Of a DNA stretch of 64,000 nt, positions 37,827 through 58,253 are shown piece after piece. The notes beneath the pieces are model-generated. The model was not told the DNA's origin. It made no database searches and saw nothing but the letters and a program-made list of their open reading frames with translations. Each line of letters begins with the position of its first letter. The stretch's first letter is position 1. Position numbers and translations under genes: made by a program. Source of the DNA: an uncultured Chloroflexia bacterium (lineage in GTDB: Bacteria; Chloroflexota; Limnocylindria; Limnocylindrales; CSP1-4); assembly GCA_963766735.1 (NCBI GenBank), contig CAVYBU010000004.1:128001-192000 (forward strand), written 5' to 3'.

Positions 37827-38378
37827 CTACTTCTTCCCGCCGATCTTGCCGGCCTTGCCCGCCTTGCGGCGGACCTTCTCGCCGGCATACCGGACGCCCT
37901 TGCCCTTGTAGGGCTCGGGCTTGCGGGTGGCGCGGACCTTCGCCGCGTACTGGCCGACGAGCTCCTTGTCGATCCCCACGACCGCGAGGCGGACGGGGGT
38001 CTCCAGCTCGAAGCTGATACCGGCAGGCGGATCGATCTCGACCGGATGGCTGTAGCCGAGCGCGAGGACGAGCTTGTCGCCCACCTTCTGCGCGCGGTAG
38101 CCCACGCCGACGATCTCGAGGCCCTTGCGGTACCCGGTGGTGACCCCGACGACCATGTTGTTGACGAGCGTGCGCGTCAGGCCGTGGAGCGACTTGTCGA
38201 GCTTGTTCTCCGTGGGCCGGGTGACGACGAGGGTCTCGCCCTCGCGGTCGACCGCGATCCGCGGCGGCAATGCGCGGGTCAGGGTCCCCTTGGGGCCCGT
38301 GACCGTGATGATGCGCCCGTCGAACGTGATGTCCACGCCGGCGGGAACAGGGATGGGGAGGCGGCCAATGCGGGACAT
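37827..38378 (-). CDS. rplF: 50S protein L6
   Basis: [21 protein letters not shown]. Confidence 0.97.
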   Translation of the reverse strand: MSRIGRLPIPVPAGVDITFDGRIITVTGPKGTLTRALPPRIAVDREGETLVVTRPTENKLDKSLHGLTRTLVNNMVVGVTTGYRKGLEIVGVGYRAQKVGDKLVLALGYSHPVEIDPPAGISFELETPVRLAVVGIDKELVGQYAAKVRATRKPEPYKGKGVRYAGEKVRRKAGKAGKIGGKK

Positions 38379-38382
38379 CGCG

Positions 38383-38781
38383 CTACCAGACGTAGGCGAG
38401 GATCTCGCCACCGAGCGCCGCCTGCTTGGCCTGGGCGCCCGTCATGATCCCCTTGCTCGTGCTGACGATCACGATGCCCAGACCGCCCAGGACCCGCGGG
38501 ATGTCCGTCTTCTGCGCGTACACGCGCAGGCCCGGCTTGCTGATCCGCTTGAGGCCCGAGACGACCGGCACCTTGCCGTCGACATACTTGAGTTGGATGC
38601 GCAGGAGCTGCGCCACGCCGTCGCGCTCCTCGTGGACGTCGGCGATGAAGCCTTCCTCCATGAGGATCCGCGCAATCTCGCGCTTGGTGCGCGAGGCCGG
38701 CACGACGACCTCCGTGTGGCGAGCTCGCGAGGCGTTGCGAACACGCGTGAGCATGTCCGCGATCGGGTCGGAGATGTTCAT
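38383..38781 (-). CDS. rpsH: 30S protein S8
   Basis: [26 protein letters not shown]. Confidence 0.97.
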   Translation of the reverse strand: MNISDPIADMLTRVRNASRARHTEVVVPASRTKREIARILMEEGFIADVHEERDGVAQLLRIQLKYVDGKVPVVSGLKRISKPGLRVYAQKTDIPRVLGGLGIVIVSTSKGIMTGAQAKQAALGGEILAYVW

Positions 38782-38785
38782 CTCT

Positions 38786-38971
38786 CTACCAGCTCGACTT
38801 CGTGACGCCGGGCAGCTCGCCGACGAGCGCGCGCTCTCGGAAGCAGATCCGGCAGAGAGCGAAACGGCGCATGTACGCTCGCGGTCGGCCGCAGACATAG
38901 CAGCGGTGATACCCCTGCACCGGGTGCTTCGGATCCCGCTTCGCCTTCGCGATCATGGACTTCTTGGCCAT
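38786..38971 (-). CDS. rpsN: 30S protein S14 (61-aa Zn type)
   Basis: RCYVCGRPR...[10 protein letters not shown]...G..PGV.KSSW. Confidence 0.96.
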   Translation of the reverse strand: MAKKSMIAKAKRDPKHPVQGYHRCYVCGRPRAYMRRFALCRICFRERALVGELPGVTKSSW

Positions 38972-38990
38972 CTGGACTCCTCCCCGCGCC

Positions 38991-39533
38991 CTAGCCGGCG
39001 AAGGGCATGCCGAGGAGTTCGAGCAACAGCTTCGACTCCTCGTCGGTCTTCGCCGTCGTCACGATGCTGATCTCCAGCCCGCGGAGACGGTCCACCTTGT
39101 CATAGTCGATCTCCGGGAAGGCGAGTTGCTCCCGGAGGCCGAGCGAGTAGTTGCCTCGCCCGTCGAAGGACTTGCTGGGCACGCCCCGAAAGTCACGGAT
39201 GCGCGGAAGCGCAAGCCGCGTGAGGCGCTCCAGGAAGTCCCACATCCGCTCGCCGCGGAGGGTGACCTTCACGCCGATCGGGTTGCCGGTACGAATGCGG
39301 AACTGGGCGATCGACCTCTTGGCGCGGGTGACGATCGGCTTCTGGCCCGTGATGAGCTGCAGGTCGCCGACCGCGGCATCCACTGCCTTGGCGTTCGTGA
39401 GGGCCTCGCCCAGGCCGATGTTGATGACGATCTTGTCCATGCCCGGCACCTGCATCGGGTTGACGTAGCCGAACTGCTTCTGCAGCGCGGGAATCACCTC
39501 CGACGTGTACCGCTCCTTGAGCTGACCGCTCAC
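38991..39533 (-). CDS. rplE: 50S protein L5
   Basis: [26 protein letters not shown]. Confidence 0.97.
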   Translation of the reverse strand: MSGQLKERYTSEVIPALQKQFGYVNPMQVPGMDKIVINIGLGEALTNAKAVDAAVGDLQLITGQKPIVTRAKRSIAQFRIRTGNPIGVKVTLRGERMWDFLERLTRLALPRIRDFRGVPSKSFDGRGNYSLGLREQLAFPEIDYDKVDRLRGLEISIVTTAKTDEESKLLLELLGMPFAG

Positions 39534-39970
39534 GCTTTCACCTCCAGCGGCTCGCCGCAGTGGTGGCAGGTGCGCACCCGGGTGCCGTTGTCGAGCGTCC
39601 GGTGACCGACTCGCGTCGGGCGGTCGCAGTGGCTGCAGACGACCATGACCCGGCTGACCGGGAGCGGCATCGCGCGCTCCAGGATGCCGCCGGGATCGAC
39701 GGTCGGCGCGGAGCCCGGCCCACCGGAGGACCGCTGGCGCGGCTTCGTGTGCTTGCGGGCGATGTTCAGCCCGTCGACGACCACCAGCACGCCACCCTTG
39801 AGCGATGTGCGGCGGTACCCCGAGCGGACCGGGGACGGCGACGGGTCGCGGCGGATCACCCGGTCGACCTTGCCACGCTTGCCGGCATCCTTGCCGGCCA
39901 GCACGACGACGGTGTCGCCCTTGCGGATCTCCGGGACCTTCGTCCGGTGCTGGATAGACCGGTCGGGCAT
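39530..39970 (-). CDS. rplX: 50S protein L24 (with insertions and CxxC...CxxC)
   Basis: KGD.V.V.AGKD.GK.G.V KOW motif, GGI. Confidence 0.94.
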   Translation of the reverse strand: MPDRSIQHRTKVPEIRKGDTVVVLAGKDAGKRGKVDRVIRRDPSPSPVRSGYRRTSLKGGVLVVVDGLNIARKHTKPRQRSSGGPGSAPTVDPGGILERAMPLPVSRVMVVCSHCDRPTRVGHRTLDNGTRVRTCHHCGEPLEVKA

Positions 39971-40338
39971 TACAGCACCTCCGGTGCGAGGGAGACGATC
40001 TTCATGTAGTTCCGGTCACGCAACTCACGGGCGACGGGGCCGAAGATGCGGGTCCCGCGGGGATTGCCCTGGTTGTTGATGAGCACGGCCGCGTTCTCGT
40101 CGAAGCGGATGTAGCTCCCGTCGGGGCGGCCGATCTCCTTCGACGTCCGGACGATGACCGCCCGCACGACATCGCCCTTCTTGACGGGCGCATTCGGGAT
40201 CGCGGTCTTGACGCTCGCGACGATCACGTCGCCGATGCCGGCTACGGTCTTGCGCGAGCGACCCATGATCCGGATGCACTCGATCGTGCGGGCTCCGGTG
40301 TTGTCGGCGACGCGGAGGCGCGTCGAGGCCTGGATCAC
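39970..40338 (-). CDS. rplN: 50S protein L14
   Basis: [34 protein letters not shown]. Confidence 0.97.
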   Translation of the reverse strand: MIQASTRLRVADNTGARTIECIRIMGRSRKTVAGIGDVIVASVKTAIPNAPVKKGDVVRAVIVRTSKEIGRPDGSYIRFDENAAVLINNQGNPRGTRIFGPVARELRDRNYMKIVSLAPEVL

Positions 40339-40721
40339 GCCTGGACCTCCTCACCCTCGGCGCGTCGGCCGGGGTGCGCGGCAGCGTGGATCGCCTCGGT
40401 CGTCTCGGCCTCCTCAGCCGGGATGATCTCGCCTGCACGCTCCTCGCCTGCGCGGGAGAGGACGGACACGAGGCGCCAGCGCTTGGTCGCGGAGAGGGGG
40501 CGCGACTCCTCGATGGCGACCGTGTCGCCGATCTTCGCCTCGTTGTGCTCGTCGTGGGCCGCGAACTTGGTCGAGGCCTTCATGACGCGCTTGTACAGGC
40601 GGTGACGCGTCAGGCGCCCGACGGACACGACGATCGTCTTGTCCATCTTGTCGCTGACGACGCGGCCGACCTTGGTCTTGCGCTGTCCCTTCACGGGGGT
40701 AGTGGCTCCTGCGGTGGGCAT
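40335..40721 (-). CDS. rpsQ: 30S protein S17 (C-terminal acidic extension)
   Basis: [28 protein letters not shown]. Confidence 0.96.
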   Translation of the reverse strand: MPTAGATTPVKGQRKTKVGRVVSDKMDKTIVVSVGRLTRHRLYKRVMKASTKFAAHDEHNEAKIGDTVAIEESRPLSATKRWRLVSVLSRAGEERAGEIIPAEEAETTEAIHAAAHPGRRAEGEEVQA

Positions 40722-40731
40722 CCCGACGCTC

Positions 40732-40938
40732 CTACTCCGCCGAGCGCGGCGCGGTTGCCCGCTCGCGCTTGACGGTGAGGATCCGGGCGATCGTCTGTCG
40801 CGTCGCCGGGATCTGGCTGTAATCCTTCAACTGACGGGTCGAGAGGGCGAAGCGGGCCTGCCAGAGGTCCTGCTTGGCATCCTTGAGCCGGTCATCCAGT
40901 TCGCTGTCCGTGAGCTTCCGGACCTCACCGATCTCCAT
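40732..40938 (-). CDS. rpmC: 50S protein L29
   Basis: Expected position in the S10 operon; R..IARILTV..ER. Confidence 0.93.
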   Translation of the reverse strand: MEIGEVRKLTDSELDDRLKDAKQDLWQARFALSTRQLKDYSQIPATRQTIARILTVKRERATAPRSAE

Positions 40939-41362
40939 CGGTGACCTCCTTCGCGGTTTCGCGGACCACGACGCGGGTCGCGACCGGGAGCTTGTGGGAG
41001 GCGAGGCGCATGGCCTCGACGGCCGCCGCGTGCTCGACTCCCGCCATCTCGAACAGGATCCTTCCGGGGCGCACGACCGCGACCCAGTGGTCCGGGGCGC
41101 CCTTGCCCGAGCCCATGCGGGTCTCGGCCGGCTTCTTGGTCGCGGGCTTGTCCGGGAAGACGCGGATCCAGATCTTTCCCCCGCGCTTGACCGAGCGGGT
41201 CATCGCGCGTCGGGCGGCCTCGATCTGCCGGGCCGTGATCCAGGCCGGCTCGAGCGTGGCCAGGCCGTACTCGCCGAAGGCGACGGTGTGCCCGCCCTTC
41301 GCCATTCCGGACATCCGGCCGCGCATCACCTTGCGGTGCTTGACGCGTCGCGGCATCAGCAT
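40925..41362 (-). CDS. rplP: 50S protein L16
   Basis: [24 protein letters not shown]. Confidence 0.97.
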   Translation of the reverse strand: MLMPRRVKHRKVMRGRMSGMAKGGHTVAFGEYGLATLEPAWITARQIEAARRAMTRSVKRGGKIWIRVFPDKPATKKPAETRMGSGKGAPDHWVAVVRPGRILFEMAGVEHAAAVEAMRLASHKLPVATRVVVRETAKEVTDGDR

Positions 41363-41366
41363 GGCG

Positions 41367-42053
41367 TCACACCCCCTGCGCGGCGCCGGCCGCGACAGCG
41401 GGAGCGGCAGCCTCGCGGCGCTTGCGCTCCACGGGGATCTCGCCCTTGTAGATCCAGACCTTGACGCCGATCCGACCGTAGGTCGTGTGAGCGTGGACCT
41501 GGCCATAGCTGATGTCGGCACGCAGGGTGCCCAGCGGGATGCGACCCTCGCGGTCCCACTCGCGGCGACCCATCTCAGAGCCCCCGAGGCGTCCGGCCAG
41601 CGCGATCTTGCATCCCTTGGCCCCAGCCTTCATCGACCGCTGGATGGACTGCTTCATCGCCTTCTTGTAGGCGACACGGCGGCTCAGCTGCTGGGCGATG
41701 TTGAGGGCGACGAGGTACGCGTCGAGCTCAGGCTGGCGGATCTCCTTGATCTCCAGCTTGACCTTGCGCTTCGCCAGCTCGCCGATCTCCTTGCGGAGGA
41801 TCTCGACGTTCTGGCCACCGCGGCCGATCACGATGCCCGGCTTGGCGGTGTGGATCGAAACGGTGACGTGGTTGATGCCACGCTCGATCTCGACCCCGCT
41901 CACGCTGGCGTTCGCCAGCCGCCGATCAAGCAGCTGCCGGATCGAGATGTCCTCCTTGAGGAGGGTTGTGTACTCCTTGTCGGCGTACCACTTGGCGGTC
42001 CACGTTCGGGTGTAGCCCAGGCGGTAGCCGTACGGATGGACTTTGTGTCCCAT
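41367..42053 (-). CDS. rpsC: 30S protein S3
   Basis: [32 protein letters not shown]. Confidence 0.97.
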   Translation of the reverse strand: MGHKVHPYGYRLGYTRTWTAKWYADKEYTTLLKEDISIRQLLDRRLANASVSGVEIERGINHVTVSIHTAKPGIVIGRGGQNVEILRKEIGELAKRKVKLEIKEIRQPELDAYLVALNIAQQLSRRVAYKKAMKQSIQRSMKAGAKGCKIALAGRLGGSEMGRREWDREGRIPLGTLRADISYGQVHAHTTYGRIGVKVWIYKGEIPVERKRREAAAPAVAAGAAQGV

Positions 42054-42055
42054 GC

Positions 42056-42394
42056 CTAGGCCTCCCGGTCGGCCACGACGACCGTGATGTGCGTCATGGG
42101 CTTGTGGATCGGGAAGGCCCGACCCTGGGCCCGCGGGCGCCATCGCTTGATCGTCGGGCCCTCGTTGGCGACCGCATCGGCGACGACAAGCTCGTCGGCC
42201 GACCGGTTCAGGTTGTTCTCGGCGTTTGCCGTCGCGCTTTTCAGCACGCGCGCGACGTCGCGTGCGGCCGCCTGCGGCATGAACCGCAGGAGCGCGGCGG
42301 CCTCCTCGACCGGCTTGCCCTTGATCGCCTCGGTGATGAGGCGGGCCTTCCGGGTGGAGCCCCTCAGGTACTTGGCTGTGGCAGAGACACGCAC
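42056..42394 (-). CDS. rplV: 50S protein L22
   Basis: S.RKARL, SA.ANAENN, PRAQGRA..I.K...HIT. Confidence 0.96.
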   Translation of the reverse strand: MRVSATAKYLRGSTRKARLITEAIKGKPVEEAAALLRFMPQAAARDVARVLKSATANAENNLNRSADELVVADAVANEGPTIKRWRPRAQGRAFPIHKPMTHITVVVADREA

Positions 42395-42407
42395 GTCGTT
42401 GGCCCCT

Positions 42408-42692
42408 CTACCGCAGTCCGCCGGACCGGTCGGCGTTCTTGCCGTGCCCGCGATACGTGCGGGTGGGGGCAAACTCGCCGAGACGGTGGCCGACCATGTT
42501 CTCAGTGACGTACACCGGCACGTGCTTCTTGCCGTTGTAGACGGCAATCGTGTGGCCGATGAAGTCGGGGAAGATGACGGACGCGCGCGACCAGGTCTTG
42601 AGGACCTTGCGCTCGCTCCTCTTGTTCATGTCCTGCACCCGGGCGAGAAGCCGGGGCTGGACGAACGGTCCCTTCTTGACCGATCGCGACAT
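42408..42692 (-). CDS. rpsS: 30S protein S19
   Basis: [25 protein letters not shown]. Confidence 0.97.
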   Translation of the reverse strand: MSRSVKKGPFVQPRLLARVQDMNKRSERKVLKTWSRASVIFPDFIGHTIAVYNGKKHVPVYVTENMVGHRLGEFAPTRTYRGHGKNADRSGGLR

Positions 42693-42706
42693 GCTCTAGC
42701 TCCTCT

Positions 42707-43537
42707 CTATGACTTGCGATGACGGCTGCGGACGATGAGGCGGCTCGTCGCCTTGCCTCGCCGTGTCCGGTAGCCCATCGCCGGCTTGCCCCACGGGGTC
42801 TTCGGAGGCATGCCCGTCGGGCTCTTGCCCTCGCCACCACCGTGGGGGTGGTCGCGCGGGGTCATCGCCACTCCCCGGACTTCCGGACGCTGGCCCATGT
42901 GACGGGCGCGCCCGGCCTTGCCGAGGCTCTGGTTCTCGTGATCGACGTTCGAGACCTGCCCGATCGTCGCCATGCAGCGCATCGGGACCCGGCGCACCTC
43001 GCCCGAGGGGAGGCGGACCTGCGCCAGGTCGCCCTCCTTGGCCAGGAGCTGGGCGGACGTGCCGGCGGACCGGACGATCTGGCCACCCTTGCCCGGGGTC
43101 AGCTCGATGTTGTGGATCGTGGTGCCGAGCGGGATGTTCGCGATCGGCAGCGCATTCCCCACCCGGGCCTCGGCCTCGGGACCGGAGACGATGACGTCCC
43201 CGACCTTCAGGCCGTTCGGGAGGAGCATGTAGCGCTTCTCACCGTCCCGGTAGTGGAGCAGGCCGATGCGGGCGGACCTGTTCGGGTCGTACTCGATCGT
43301 CGCGAGACGGGCCGGCACGCCGGACTTGTCGCGCTTGAAGTCGATCCGCCGGTAATGGGTCTTCTCGCCGCCGCCGCGATGGCGGACGGTGAGCCGGCCC
43401 ATGTTGTTCCGCCCCGAGCCGCGCTTCATCGGCTCCAGGAGCGGCTTGTGGGGCTGGTCGGTTGTGATCTCGTCGAAGGTCGAGCGAGTCATCCACCGAC
43501 GGCCCGGGGACGTTGCCTTGTAGCTTCGCAGCGGCAT
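42707..43537 (-). CDS. rplB: 50S protein L2
   Basis: [21 protein letters not shown]. Confidence 0.97.
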   Translation of the reverse strand: MPLRSYKATSPGRRWMTRSTFDEITTDQPHKPLLEPMKRGSGRNNMGRLTVRHRGGGEKTHYRRIDFKRDKSGVPARLATIEYDPNRSARIGLLHYRDGEKRYMLLPNGLKVGDVIVSGPEAEARVGNALPIANIPLGTTIHNIELTPGKGGQIVRSAGTSAQLLAKEGDLAQVRLPSGEVRRVPMRCMATIGQVSNVDHENQSLGKAGRARHMGQRPEVRGVAMTPRDHPHGGGEGKSPTGMPPKTPWGKPAMGYRTRRGKATSRLIVRSRHRKS

Positions 43538-43539
43538 CC

Positions 43540-43854
43540 CTACACCCCCTCGAAGAATTCGATCTTCTGGCCGGGGGCCAGGGTCACGATTGCCTTCCGC
43601 CAGGCGGAGGTGTGACCGGTGATCCGGCCGCGCTTCGTGCCCCGCCGCTTCTCCTTCGCCTTCGAGGTCAGCACGTTGACGGCGACCACGGTCACCTTCT
43701 CCTTGCTGTAGAGCTCCTCGACGGCGGCCTTGATCTGGATCTTGTTGGCCTTGTCGTGCACGGCGAACGTGTACTTGCCCCGCCCGGACTCGTCGATGGA
43801 CTTCTCCGAGATCACGGGACGGAGGATGATGTCGGCGGCGGTCAGGGCGCTCAC
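43540..43854 (-). CDS. rplW: 50S protein L23
   Basis: P.ISEK, ANK.QIK.AVE, KAIVTL. Confidence 0.96.
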   Translation of the reverse strand: MSALTAADIILRPVISEKSIDESGRGKYTFAVHDKANKIQIKAAVEELYSKEKVTVVAVNVLTSKAKEKRRGTKRGRITGHTSAWRKAIVTLAPGQKIEFFEGV

Positions 43855-44489
43855 GCGTACACCTCGTCCATTCGGGCCAGCGACGGCTGCTCGATCAGGA
43901 TGGCGTCGGCGTTGAGCAGGTCGACGACGTTGAGCGAGTCGGCCAGGATGATCGACACCGACGGCAGGTTGGCGGCGGAGCGCAGCAGCATCTCGTCCTT
44001 CGCCGGGGCCACCACCAGCACGCGCCGCTCGTGGCCGTCCCCGGCGCCGAGCGCCTGCAGGATGCCGACGAACGCCTTCGTCCGGGGCTCGGAGTCCATG
44101 CCAAACGTGTCGACCACGCGGATCGCGTCGTCGCCCAGCTTGGCGGTCAGCGCCGAGCGAAGCGCCAGGCGGCGCATCTTCTTCGGCAGCTTCTGATCAT
44201 AGGAACGCGGATGCGGGCCGAACACGACGCCGCCGCCCCGGAAATGCGGGGCCGAGCGGGTGCCCTGGCGGGCGCGGCCGGTGCCCTTCTGGCGGTACGG
44301 CTTCTTGCCGCCACCGCGGATCTCGCCGCGGGTCTTCGTGTCATGGGTGCCGAGATGGCGCCCGGCCAGCTGGGCGACGACCGCCTGGTGGAGCACGGCC
44401 TCGTTGACGGGCGCTGCGAACAGCACCTCGCTGAGGTCGACGTTCCCGACAGAGGCGCCCGAGCGGTCGTAGAGGATTGTCTGAGGCAT
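43851..44489 (-). CDS. rplD: 50S protein L4
   Basis: [28 protein letters not shown]. Confidence 0.97.
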   Translation of the reverse strand: MPQTILYDRSGASVGNVDLSEVLFAAPVNEAVLHQAVVAQLAGRHLGTHDTKTRGEIRGGGKKPYRQKGTGRARQGTRSAPHFRGGGVVFGPHPRSYDQKLPKKMRRLALRSALTAKLGDDAIRVVDTFGMDSEPRTKAFVGILQALGAGDGHERRVLVVAPAKDEMLLRSAANLPSVSIILADSLNVVDLLNADAILIEQPSLARMDEVYA

Positions 44490-44491
44490 CG

Positions 44492-45103
44492 TCACGCCTT
44501 CCGGACGAAGGTGAGCGCGCCGGGCGCCCCGGGGACGGTTCCCTTCACGAGGATCAGGTTCCGCTCCGAGTCCACGCGGACGACGCGCAGCTTCTTGATC
44601 GTGACCCGCTCGCTGCCCATGTGGCCACCCATCTTGAGGCCCTTGTAGACGCGACCGGGCGTGGTGCCGGGGCCGATGGAGCCCGGCTTGCGGTAGTTGT
44701 CCGAACCGTGGGTCTTGGGACCGCGCGAGAAGTTGTGACGCTTCACGGTGCCCGCGAAGCCCTGGCCCTTCGAGATGCCGGTGACGTCGACGAGGTCGCC
44801 CTCGGCGAACACCTCGGCGACCGTCAGCTGCTGGCCCACGCTGTAGCCGTCCGCGTCATCCAGCCGGAACTCGCGGATCGTCTTGACCCGCGGCAGGTCC
44901 TTGAGCTGGCCGGCGAGCGGCTTCGTCAGCTTGCGGCGCTCGCCGGCACCAAGCTGGACAGCCGTGTAGCCGTCCCGCTCGGCGGTGCGAAGCCGCGTCA
45001 CGGTGTTCGGGGTGACCTGTACCACCGAAACGGCGACCATTGTCCCGTCCGGCTGGAAGACCTGTGTCATGCCGACCTTGCGGCCGATCAGCCCAATGCT
45101 CAT
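44492..45103 (-). CDS. rplC: 50S protein L3
   Basis: K.GMTQ.F, DGY.AVQ, SKG.GF.G..KR, PGRV.KG. Confidence 0.97.
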   Translation of the reverse strand: MSIGLIGRKVGMTQVFQPDGTMVAVSVVQVTPNTVTRLRTAERDGYTAVQLGAGERRKLTKPLAGQLKDLPRVKTIREFRLDDADGYSVGQQLTVAEVFAEGDLVDVTGISKGQGFAGTVKRHNFSRGPKTHGSDNYRKPGSIGPGTTPGRVYKGLKMGGHMGSERVTIKKLRVVRVDSERNLILVKGTVPGAPGALTFVRKA

Positions 45104-45112
45104 CGGTCCGCC

Positions 45113-45421
45113 CTACATCTTGATTTCGATGTCGACGCCCGCCGCAAGCGAGAGTCGCATCAGGGCGTCGACCGTCTTCGACGAGGGATCCAGGATGTCG
45201 ATGAGCCGCTTGTGCGTGCGGATCTCGAACTGCTCCCGGGAGTCCTTGTCGATGAACGGTGACCGCAGGACGGTGAACTTCTCGATCCGGGTCGGCAGCG
45301 GGACCGGTCCGACGACGTCCGCGCCTGTGCGCTGCGCCGTCTCGACGATCTGGGCTGCCGACTGGTCGAGCAGCCGGTGGTCGTAGGCCTTGAGGCGGAT
45401 TCGGATCCGCTGCTTCGCCAT
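45113..45421 (-). CDS. rpsJ: 30S protein S10
   Basis: [31 protein letters not shown]. Confidence 0.97.
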   Translation of the reverse strand: MAKQRIRIRLKAYDHRLLDQSAAQIVETAQRTGADVVGPVPLPTRIEKFTVLRSPFIDKDSREQFEIRTHKRLIDILDPSSKTVDALMRLSLAAGVDIEIKM

Positions 45422-45431
45422 ATCTGTCTCG

Positions 45432-46628
45432 CTACGCGATGATGCTGGTGATCGCGCCGGCGCCGACGGTACGACCGCCCTCGCGGATCGCGAACCGCTG
45501 GCCGACTTCGAGCGCGATCGGGGTGATCAGCTCGACGGTCATGTCGACGTTGTCGCCGGGCATGATCATCTCGGCCCCGTCGGGAAGGCCGATGGCACCC
45601 GTGACGTCCGTGGTGCGCAGGTAGAACTGCGGCCGGTACCCGTTGTAGAACGGGGTATGGCGGCCGCCCTCCTCCTTGGTCAGGACGTAGACGCGGGCGA
45701 TGAAGTTGGTGTGCGGCTTGACCGACCCGGGCTTGGCCAGGACCTGGCCGCGCTCGATGTCGTCGCGCTCGATACCGCGCAGGAGCAGGCCGACGTTGTC
45801 GCCCGCCTCGCCCTGGTCGAGCAGCTTCTTGAACATCTCGACGCCGGTGACGACCACCTTGCGGGTGGCGTTGATGCCGACGATCTCGACCTCCTCGCCC
45901 ACCTTGATGATGCCGCGCTCGATGCGGCCGGTGGCGACGGTGCCGCGGCCCTTGATGCCGAACACGTCCTCGCAGGGCATCAGGAACGGCTTGTCGATGG
46001 CGCGCTCGGGGTTGGGGATGTAGGAGTCGACCGCGTCCATCAGCTCCTGGATCGGAGCGTAGGCCGGGTCGTCGACGTTGTCGCCGGCCTCGAGGGCCTG
46101 GAGCGCGGAGCCCCGGATGACGGGGATGTCGTCGCCCGGGAAGTTGTACTTGCTCAACAGCTCGCGGACCTCGAGCTCGACGAGGTCGAGCAGCTCGGGG
46201 TCGTCGACCATGTCGCACTTGTTGAGGAACACGATGACGTAGGGCACCTCCACCTGGCGGGCCAGGAGGATGTGCTCGCGGGTCTGGGGCATCGGGCCGT
46301 CGGTGGCGGCGACCACGAGGATCGCGCCGTCCATCTGGGCGGCACCGGTGATCATGTTCTTGATGTAGTCGGCGTGCCCGGGGCAGTCGACGTGCGCGTA
46401 GTGGCGGTTCTCCGTCTGGTACTCGACGTGGGCGATCGCGATCGTGATGCCGCGCTCGCGCTCCTCGGGGGCGTTGTCGATCGAGTCGAACGCACGGAAC
46501 TCCGCGCCGCCCTTGAGCGCCAGGTACTTGGTGATGGCGGCCGTGAGCGTCGTCTTGCCATGGTCGATGTGGCCGATCGTGCCGACGTTGACGTGCGGCT
46601 TGGTGCGCTCGAACTTCTTCTTGGCCAT
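45432..46628 (-). CDS. tuf: Elongation factor Tu (str-operon copy)
   Basis: [36 protein letters not shown]. Confidence 0.98.
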   Translation of the reverse strand: MAKKKFERTKPHVNVGTIGHIDHGKTTLTAAITKYLALKGGAEFRAFDSIDNAPEERERGITIAIAHVEYQTENRHYAHVDCPGHADYIKNMITGAAQMDGAILVVAATDGPMPQTREHILLARQVEVPYVIVFLNKCDMVDDPELLDLVELEVRELLSKYNFPGDDIPVIRGSALQALEAGDNVDDPAYAPIQELMDAVDSYIPNPERAIDKPFLMPCEDVFGIKGRGTVATGRIERGIIKVGEEVEIVGINATRKVVVTGVEMFKKLLDQGEAGDNVGLLLRGIERDDIERGQVLAKPGSVKPHTNFIARVYVLTKEEGGRHTPFYNGYRPQFYLRTTDVTGAIGLPDGAEMIMPGDNVDMTVELITPIALEVGQRFAIREGGRTVGAGAITSIIA

Positions 46629-46683
46629 ATCCGGCTTGACTCCCTGCTCCTTGCTCGCGCGTACGCGGGCAGATATCCCGTGG

Positions 46684-48759
46684 TTAGACCTTCGATTTGG
46701 CGACGAGCTCGGCCGCGAGGTTCGAGGGAACCTCGGCGTAGTGGCTGAGCTCCATGGAGTAACTCGCGCGGCCCTGGGTCATCGACCGCAGGTCCGTGGC
46801 ATACCCGAACATCTCGGACAGCGGGACCGCACTGCGGACGACCTGGGTCGACCCGCGGGGATCCATGCCCTCGACATGTCCGCGCCTGCTGTTGAGGTCG
46901 CCGATGACGTCGCCCATGAACTCCTCGGGCATCGTCACTTCGACCCGCATCATCGGCTCCAGCACGACGGGGCTGGCCTTGCCGACTGCATCCTTGATCG
47001 CCATCGAACCGGCGATCTTGAACGCCATCTCCGACGAGTCGACATCGTGGTACGACCCGTCGAACAGCGTCACCTTGATATCGACCATCGGCACGTTCGC
47101 GTAGATACCCAATTCGAGCGTCTCGCGAATGCCCATGTCGATCGGCTTGATGTACTCGCGCGGGATGGTGGCGCCGACGATCTTGTCCACGAACTCGTAG
47201 CCACCGCCCTTGGGCAGGGGCTCGATCCGGATGACCGCGTGGCCGTACTGGCCCTTGCCGCCGGTCTGGCGGACGAAGCGGCCATTGCCCTGCGCCGGCT
47301 TGCGGATCGTCTCGCGGTAGGCGACCTGCGGCTTGCCGACGTTCGCGGCCACCCTGAACTCGCGCACCATCCGGTCAACGAGAACATCGAGGTGCAGCTC
47401 GCCCATGCCGGCGATCAGCGTCTGGCCCGACTCCTCGTCCGTCTTGACACGGAAGGTCGGGTCCTCCTCGGCCAGGCGCTGGAGCGCGATGCCCAGCTTG
47501 TCCTGGTCGGCCTTGGTCTTGGGTTCGATCGCGACCTCGATGACGGGCTCGGGGAACGTCATCGACTCCAGGATCACCGGGTGCTCGAGCTCCGTGAGCG
47601 TGTCGCCGGTGTAGGTGTCCTTGAGGCCGACGGCCGCAGCGATGTCGCCCGCGTACACGATGTCGATCTCTTCGCGGTGGTTGGCGTGCATCTGGAGGAT
47701 GCGGCCGATCCGCTCCTTCTTGCCCTTCGTGGCGTTGAGCACGTAGGACCCGGACTTGAGGGTCCCGGAGTAGACCCGGAAGAACGCCAGCTTGCCGACG
47801 AAGGGATCCGCGGCGATCTTGAACGCGAGGGCGCTGAAGGGCTCGGTGTCGTCCGGTGCCTTGAGGATCTCGATGTCGGTGCCGGGCTTGAGGCCGATCA
47901 CCGGCGGCACGTCGAGCGGCGAGGGGAGATAGTCCACCACCGCGTCGAGCATCGGCTGGACGCCCTTGTTCTTGAGCGCCGAACCGCACAGGATCGGGAC
48001 CCAGGTGTACTGGAGGGTCGCGAGCCGGATCGCGTGCTTGATCTCGTCCTCGGTGACCTCCTCGCCCTCGAGGTACTTGTGGGCGAGGCGATCATCGACC
48101 AGCGCAACCGACTCGAGGAGGTTCTCGCGCCACGTCGCGGCCTCGTCGGCCATCTCCGCAGGGATCTCGATCGTGTCGAAGCTGTTGCCGAGGTCGTCCC
48201 GCCAGATCAGCGCCTTCATGCGGACGAGGTCCACGAGGCCGACGAACGTGTCCTCGATGCCGATCGGGATCTGGATCGGCACGGGCGTGACGCCAAGGCG
48301 GTCGCGGATCATGTCCACGTCGCGCCAGAAGTTGGCACCCGTCCGGTCGAGCTTGTTGATGAAACAGATCCGGGGAACGCCATAGCGGTCCGCCTGGCGC
48401 CACACCGTCTCGGACTGCGGCTCGACACCGGCAACGCCGTCGAACACGACCACCGCTCCGTCGAGCACGCGCAGGCTCCGCTCGACTTCCATCGTAAAGT
48501 CCACGTGCCCGGGCGTATCGATGATGTTGATACGGTGATCGTTCCACGCGCAGGTGGTGGCCGCGGCAGTGATCGTGATGCCGCGCTCCTGCTCCTGGGG
48601 CATCCAGTCCATGGTGGCCGCGCCCTCATGAACCTCACCGATCTTGTAGATCTTCTTCGTGTAGAAGAGGATCCGCTCGGTCACGGTGGTTTTGCCCGCG
48701 TCGATATGCGCGATGATTCCGATGTTCCGCGTTCGCAGAAGCGGAACGGTTCGTGCCAC
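46684..48759 (-). CDS. fusA: Elongation factor G
   Basis: [38 protein letters not shown]. Confidence 0.98.
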   Translation of the reverse strand: MARTVPLLRTRNIGIIAHIDAGKTTVTERILFYTKKIYKIGEVHEGAATMDWMPQEQERGITITAAATTCAWNDHRINIIDTPGHVDFTMEVERSLRVLDGAVVVFDGVAGVEPQSETVWRQADRYGVPRICFINKLDRTGANFWRDVDMIRDRLGVTPVPIQIPIGIEDTFVGLVDLVRMKALIWRDDLGNSFDTIEIPAEMADEAATWRENLLESVALVDDRLAHKYLEGEEVTEDEIKHAIRLATLQYTWVPILCGSALKNKGVQPMLDAVVDYLPSPLDVPPVIGLKPGTDIEILKAPDDTEPFSALAFKIAADPFVGKLAFFRVYSGTLKSGSYVLNATKGKKERIGRILQMHANHREEIDIVYAGDIAAAVGLKDTYTGDTLTELEHPVILESMTFPEPVIEVAIEPKTKADQDKLGIALQRLAEEDPTFRVKTDEESGQTLIAGMGELHLDVLVDRMVREFRVAANVGKPQVAYRETIRKPAQGNGRFVRQTGGKGQYGHAVIRIEPLPKGGGYEFVDKIVGATIPREYIKPIDMGIRETLELGIYANVPMVDIKVTLFDGSYHDVDSSEMAFKIAGSMAIKDAVGKASPVVLEPMMRVEVTMPEEFMGDVIGDLNSRRGHVEGMDPRGSTQVVRSAVPLSEMFGYATDLRSMTQGRASYSMELSHYAEVPSNLAAELVAKSKV

Positions 48760-48786
48760 GGTTGGTTCAGCTCCTCTCGGCCGGGA

Positions 48787-49251
48787 CTACCACTTGAAGT
48801 GGCTGAAGGCCTTGTTGGCCTCCGCCATCTTGTGGGTGTCCTCGCGCCGCTTCACCGCTGCCCCGAGGCCGTTCATGGCGTCGACGAATTCCGCGGCGAG
48901 CTTCTCGCTCATGCTCTTGCCGCTGCGCTTGCGGGCGGCCTGGACAAGCCAGCGCACGCCGAGCGACAGCCGGCGGTCTCCCCGGATCTCGACCGGGACC
49001 TGGTAGGTGGCGCCACCGACGCGGCGGGGCTTGACCTCGATGATCGGGGTTGCGTTGCGCAATGCGGCCTCGAGCACCTCGAGCCCCGGGCGCTTGGCCT
49101 GGAACTCGGCGCGCGCAAGCGCCTGGCGCAGGATCCGGTCAGACAGGGTCCGCTTCCCGTCACGCATCAGCTTCGCGCGGAAGCGATCCGAGACGCGAGT
49201 CGACTCGACCTGGTACTTCGTCTTGCGGGCGATCGACTGACGGCGCGGCAT
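48787..49251 (-). CDS. rpsG: 30S protein S7
   Basis: RRVGGATYQVP and HKMAEANKAF.H. The N-terminus is divergent. Confidence 0.96.
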   Translation of the reverse strand: MPRRQSIARKTKYQVESTRVSDRFRAKLMRDGKRTLSDRILRQALARAEFQAKRPGLEVLEAALRNATPIIEVKPRRVGGATYQVPVEIRGDRRLSLGVRWLVQAARKRSGKSMSEKLAAEFVDAMNGLGAAVKRREDTHKMAEANKAFSHFKW

Positions 49252-49252
49252 C

Positions 49253-49684
49253 CTAGCCCTTCTTCCCGGGCACGATGGCCGCCTTGGCGCCGTACTTGCT
49301 GCGGCTCTGCTTGCGATCCTTGACGCCCGCGGCATCGAGGGTCCCTCGGATGATGTGGTACTTGACCGACGGAAGATCCTTGACCCGGCCGCCGCGCACC
49401 AGGACCACGGAGTGCTCCTGGAGGTTGTGGCCGATGCCCGGGATGTAGGCCGTGACCTCCATCTGGTTGGTGAGCCGCACGCGCGCGATCTTCCGAAGGG
49501 CCGAGTTCGGCTTCTTCGGAGTCATCGTCCTGACCTGCAGGCACACTCCCCGCTTCTGGGGGGCGCCGGGAATCGGCACCTGGCGCTGTCGCAGGCTGTT
49601 CCAGTTCTTGCGCAGCGCGGGAGCCTTGACCTTCTCGATCTTCGGCTTCCGCCCGTGGCGCACGAGCTGGCTGATGGTCGGCAC
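49253..49684 (-). CDS. rpsL: 30S protein S12
   Basis: [25 protein letters not shown]. Confidence 0.97.
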   Translation of the reverse strand: MPTISQLVRHGRKPKIEKVKAPALRKNWNSLRQRQVPIPGAPQKRGVCLQVRTMTPKKPNSALRKIARVRLTNQMEVTAYIPGIGHNLQEHSVVLVRGGRVKDLPSVKYHIIRGTLDAAGVKDRKQSRSKYGAKAAIVPGKKG

Positions 49685-49837
49685 GGAGACGCGGCTCCTT
49701 TCACTGAAAGTGCTACAGGTGGTGGTCGGTCCGGCGGGTCCACCCGCGCCGGGCGTCCGGCTGGGGACCGCTCGGATCTCTTCGAGGCCTGATCCGACGC
49801 ACGTGGCGAACGGGGCCCCTCGAGGCCACGAACGCGG

Positions 49838-49867
49838 AGTTTAGCAAGGCGTCCGTTCGAGTGTCAA
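49838..49867 (-). promoter_or_regulatory. Sigma70-type promoter of the str operon
   Basis: TTGACA (49867-49862), 18-nt spacer, (TGc)TAAACT (49843-49838). Confidence 0.65.
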
Positions 49868-49928
49868 ACAACCCCCGCGTCCGCGGAGTCCAGGGGTCCC
49901 TGGAGATGGTCGGAATGCGCGGTGGAGC

Positions 49929-54461
<4,533 letters not shown>

Positions 54462-54571
54462 CGGTCTCCTCCGCGCCGCCGCGGCCCTGGCAGCGCGATC
54501 TTCCGGTTCATGCGAGGGGGGACCGGGTCGGCCGGACGCCGATCCCCCTCCGGGCGTGGGTTACGTGGTTG

Positions 54572-58075
<3,504 letters not shown>

Positions 58076-58135
58076 GAAGGACGGCTCCTTGACGGAGTGG
58101 GAAGAGGAGGGAACGGCCGCGCTCACAGAAGGAGT

Positions 58136-58163
58136 AGGATACCGCGTTCAGGTCGAGTGTCAA
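58136..58163 (-). promoter_or_regulatory. Sigma70-type promoter of rpoBC
   Basis: TTGACA (58163-58158), 16-nt spacer, TATCCT (58141-58136). Confidence 0.6.
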
Positions 58164-58176
58164 CCACGGGGCATTA

Positions 58177-58213
58177 CGGACCGGGCGGCGGCGCGAAGGC
58201 CGCCGCCCGTCCG
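58177..58213 (-). terminator. GC-rich hairpin downstream of rplL (no U-tract)
   Basis: cgggcggcggc-gcgaag-gccgccgcccg inverted repeat. Confidence 0.35.
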
Positions 58214-58253
58214 GGCGGCCGGGCGAAGGCCGGCAGAGCCGGCCCGCAACCGT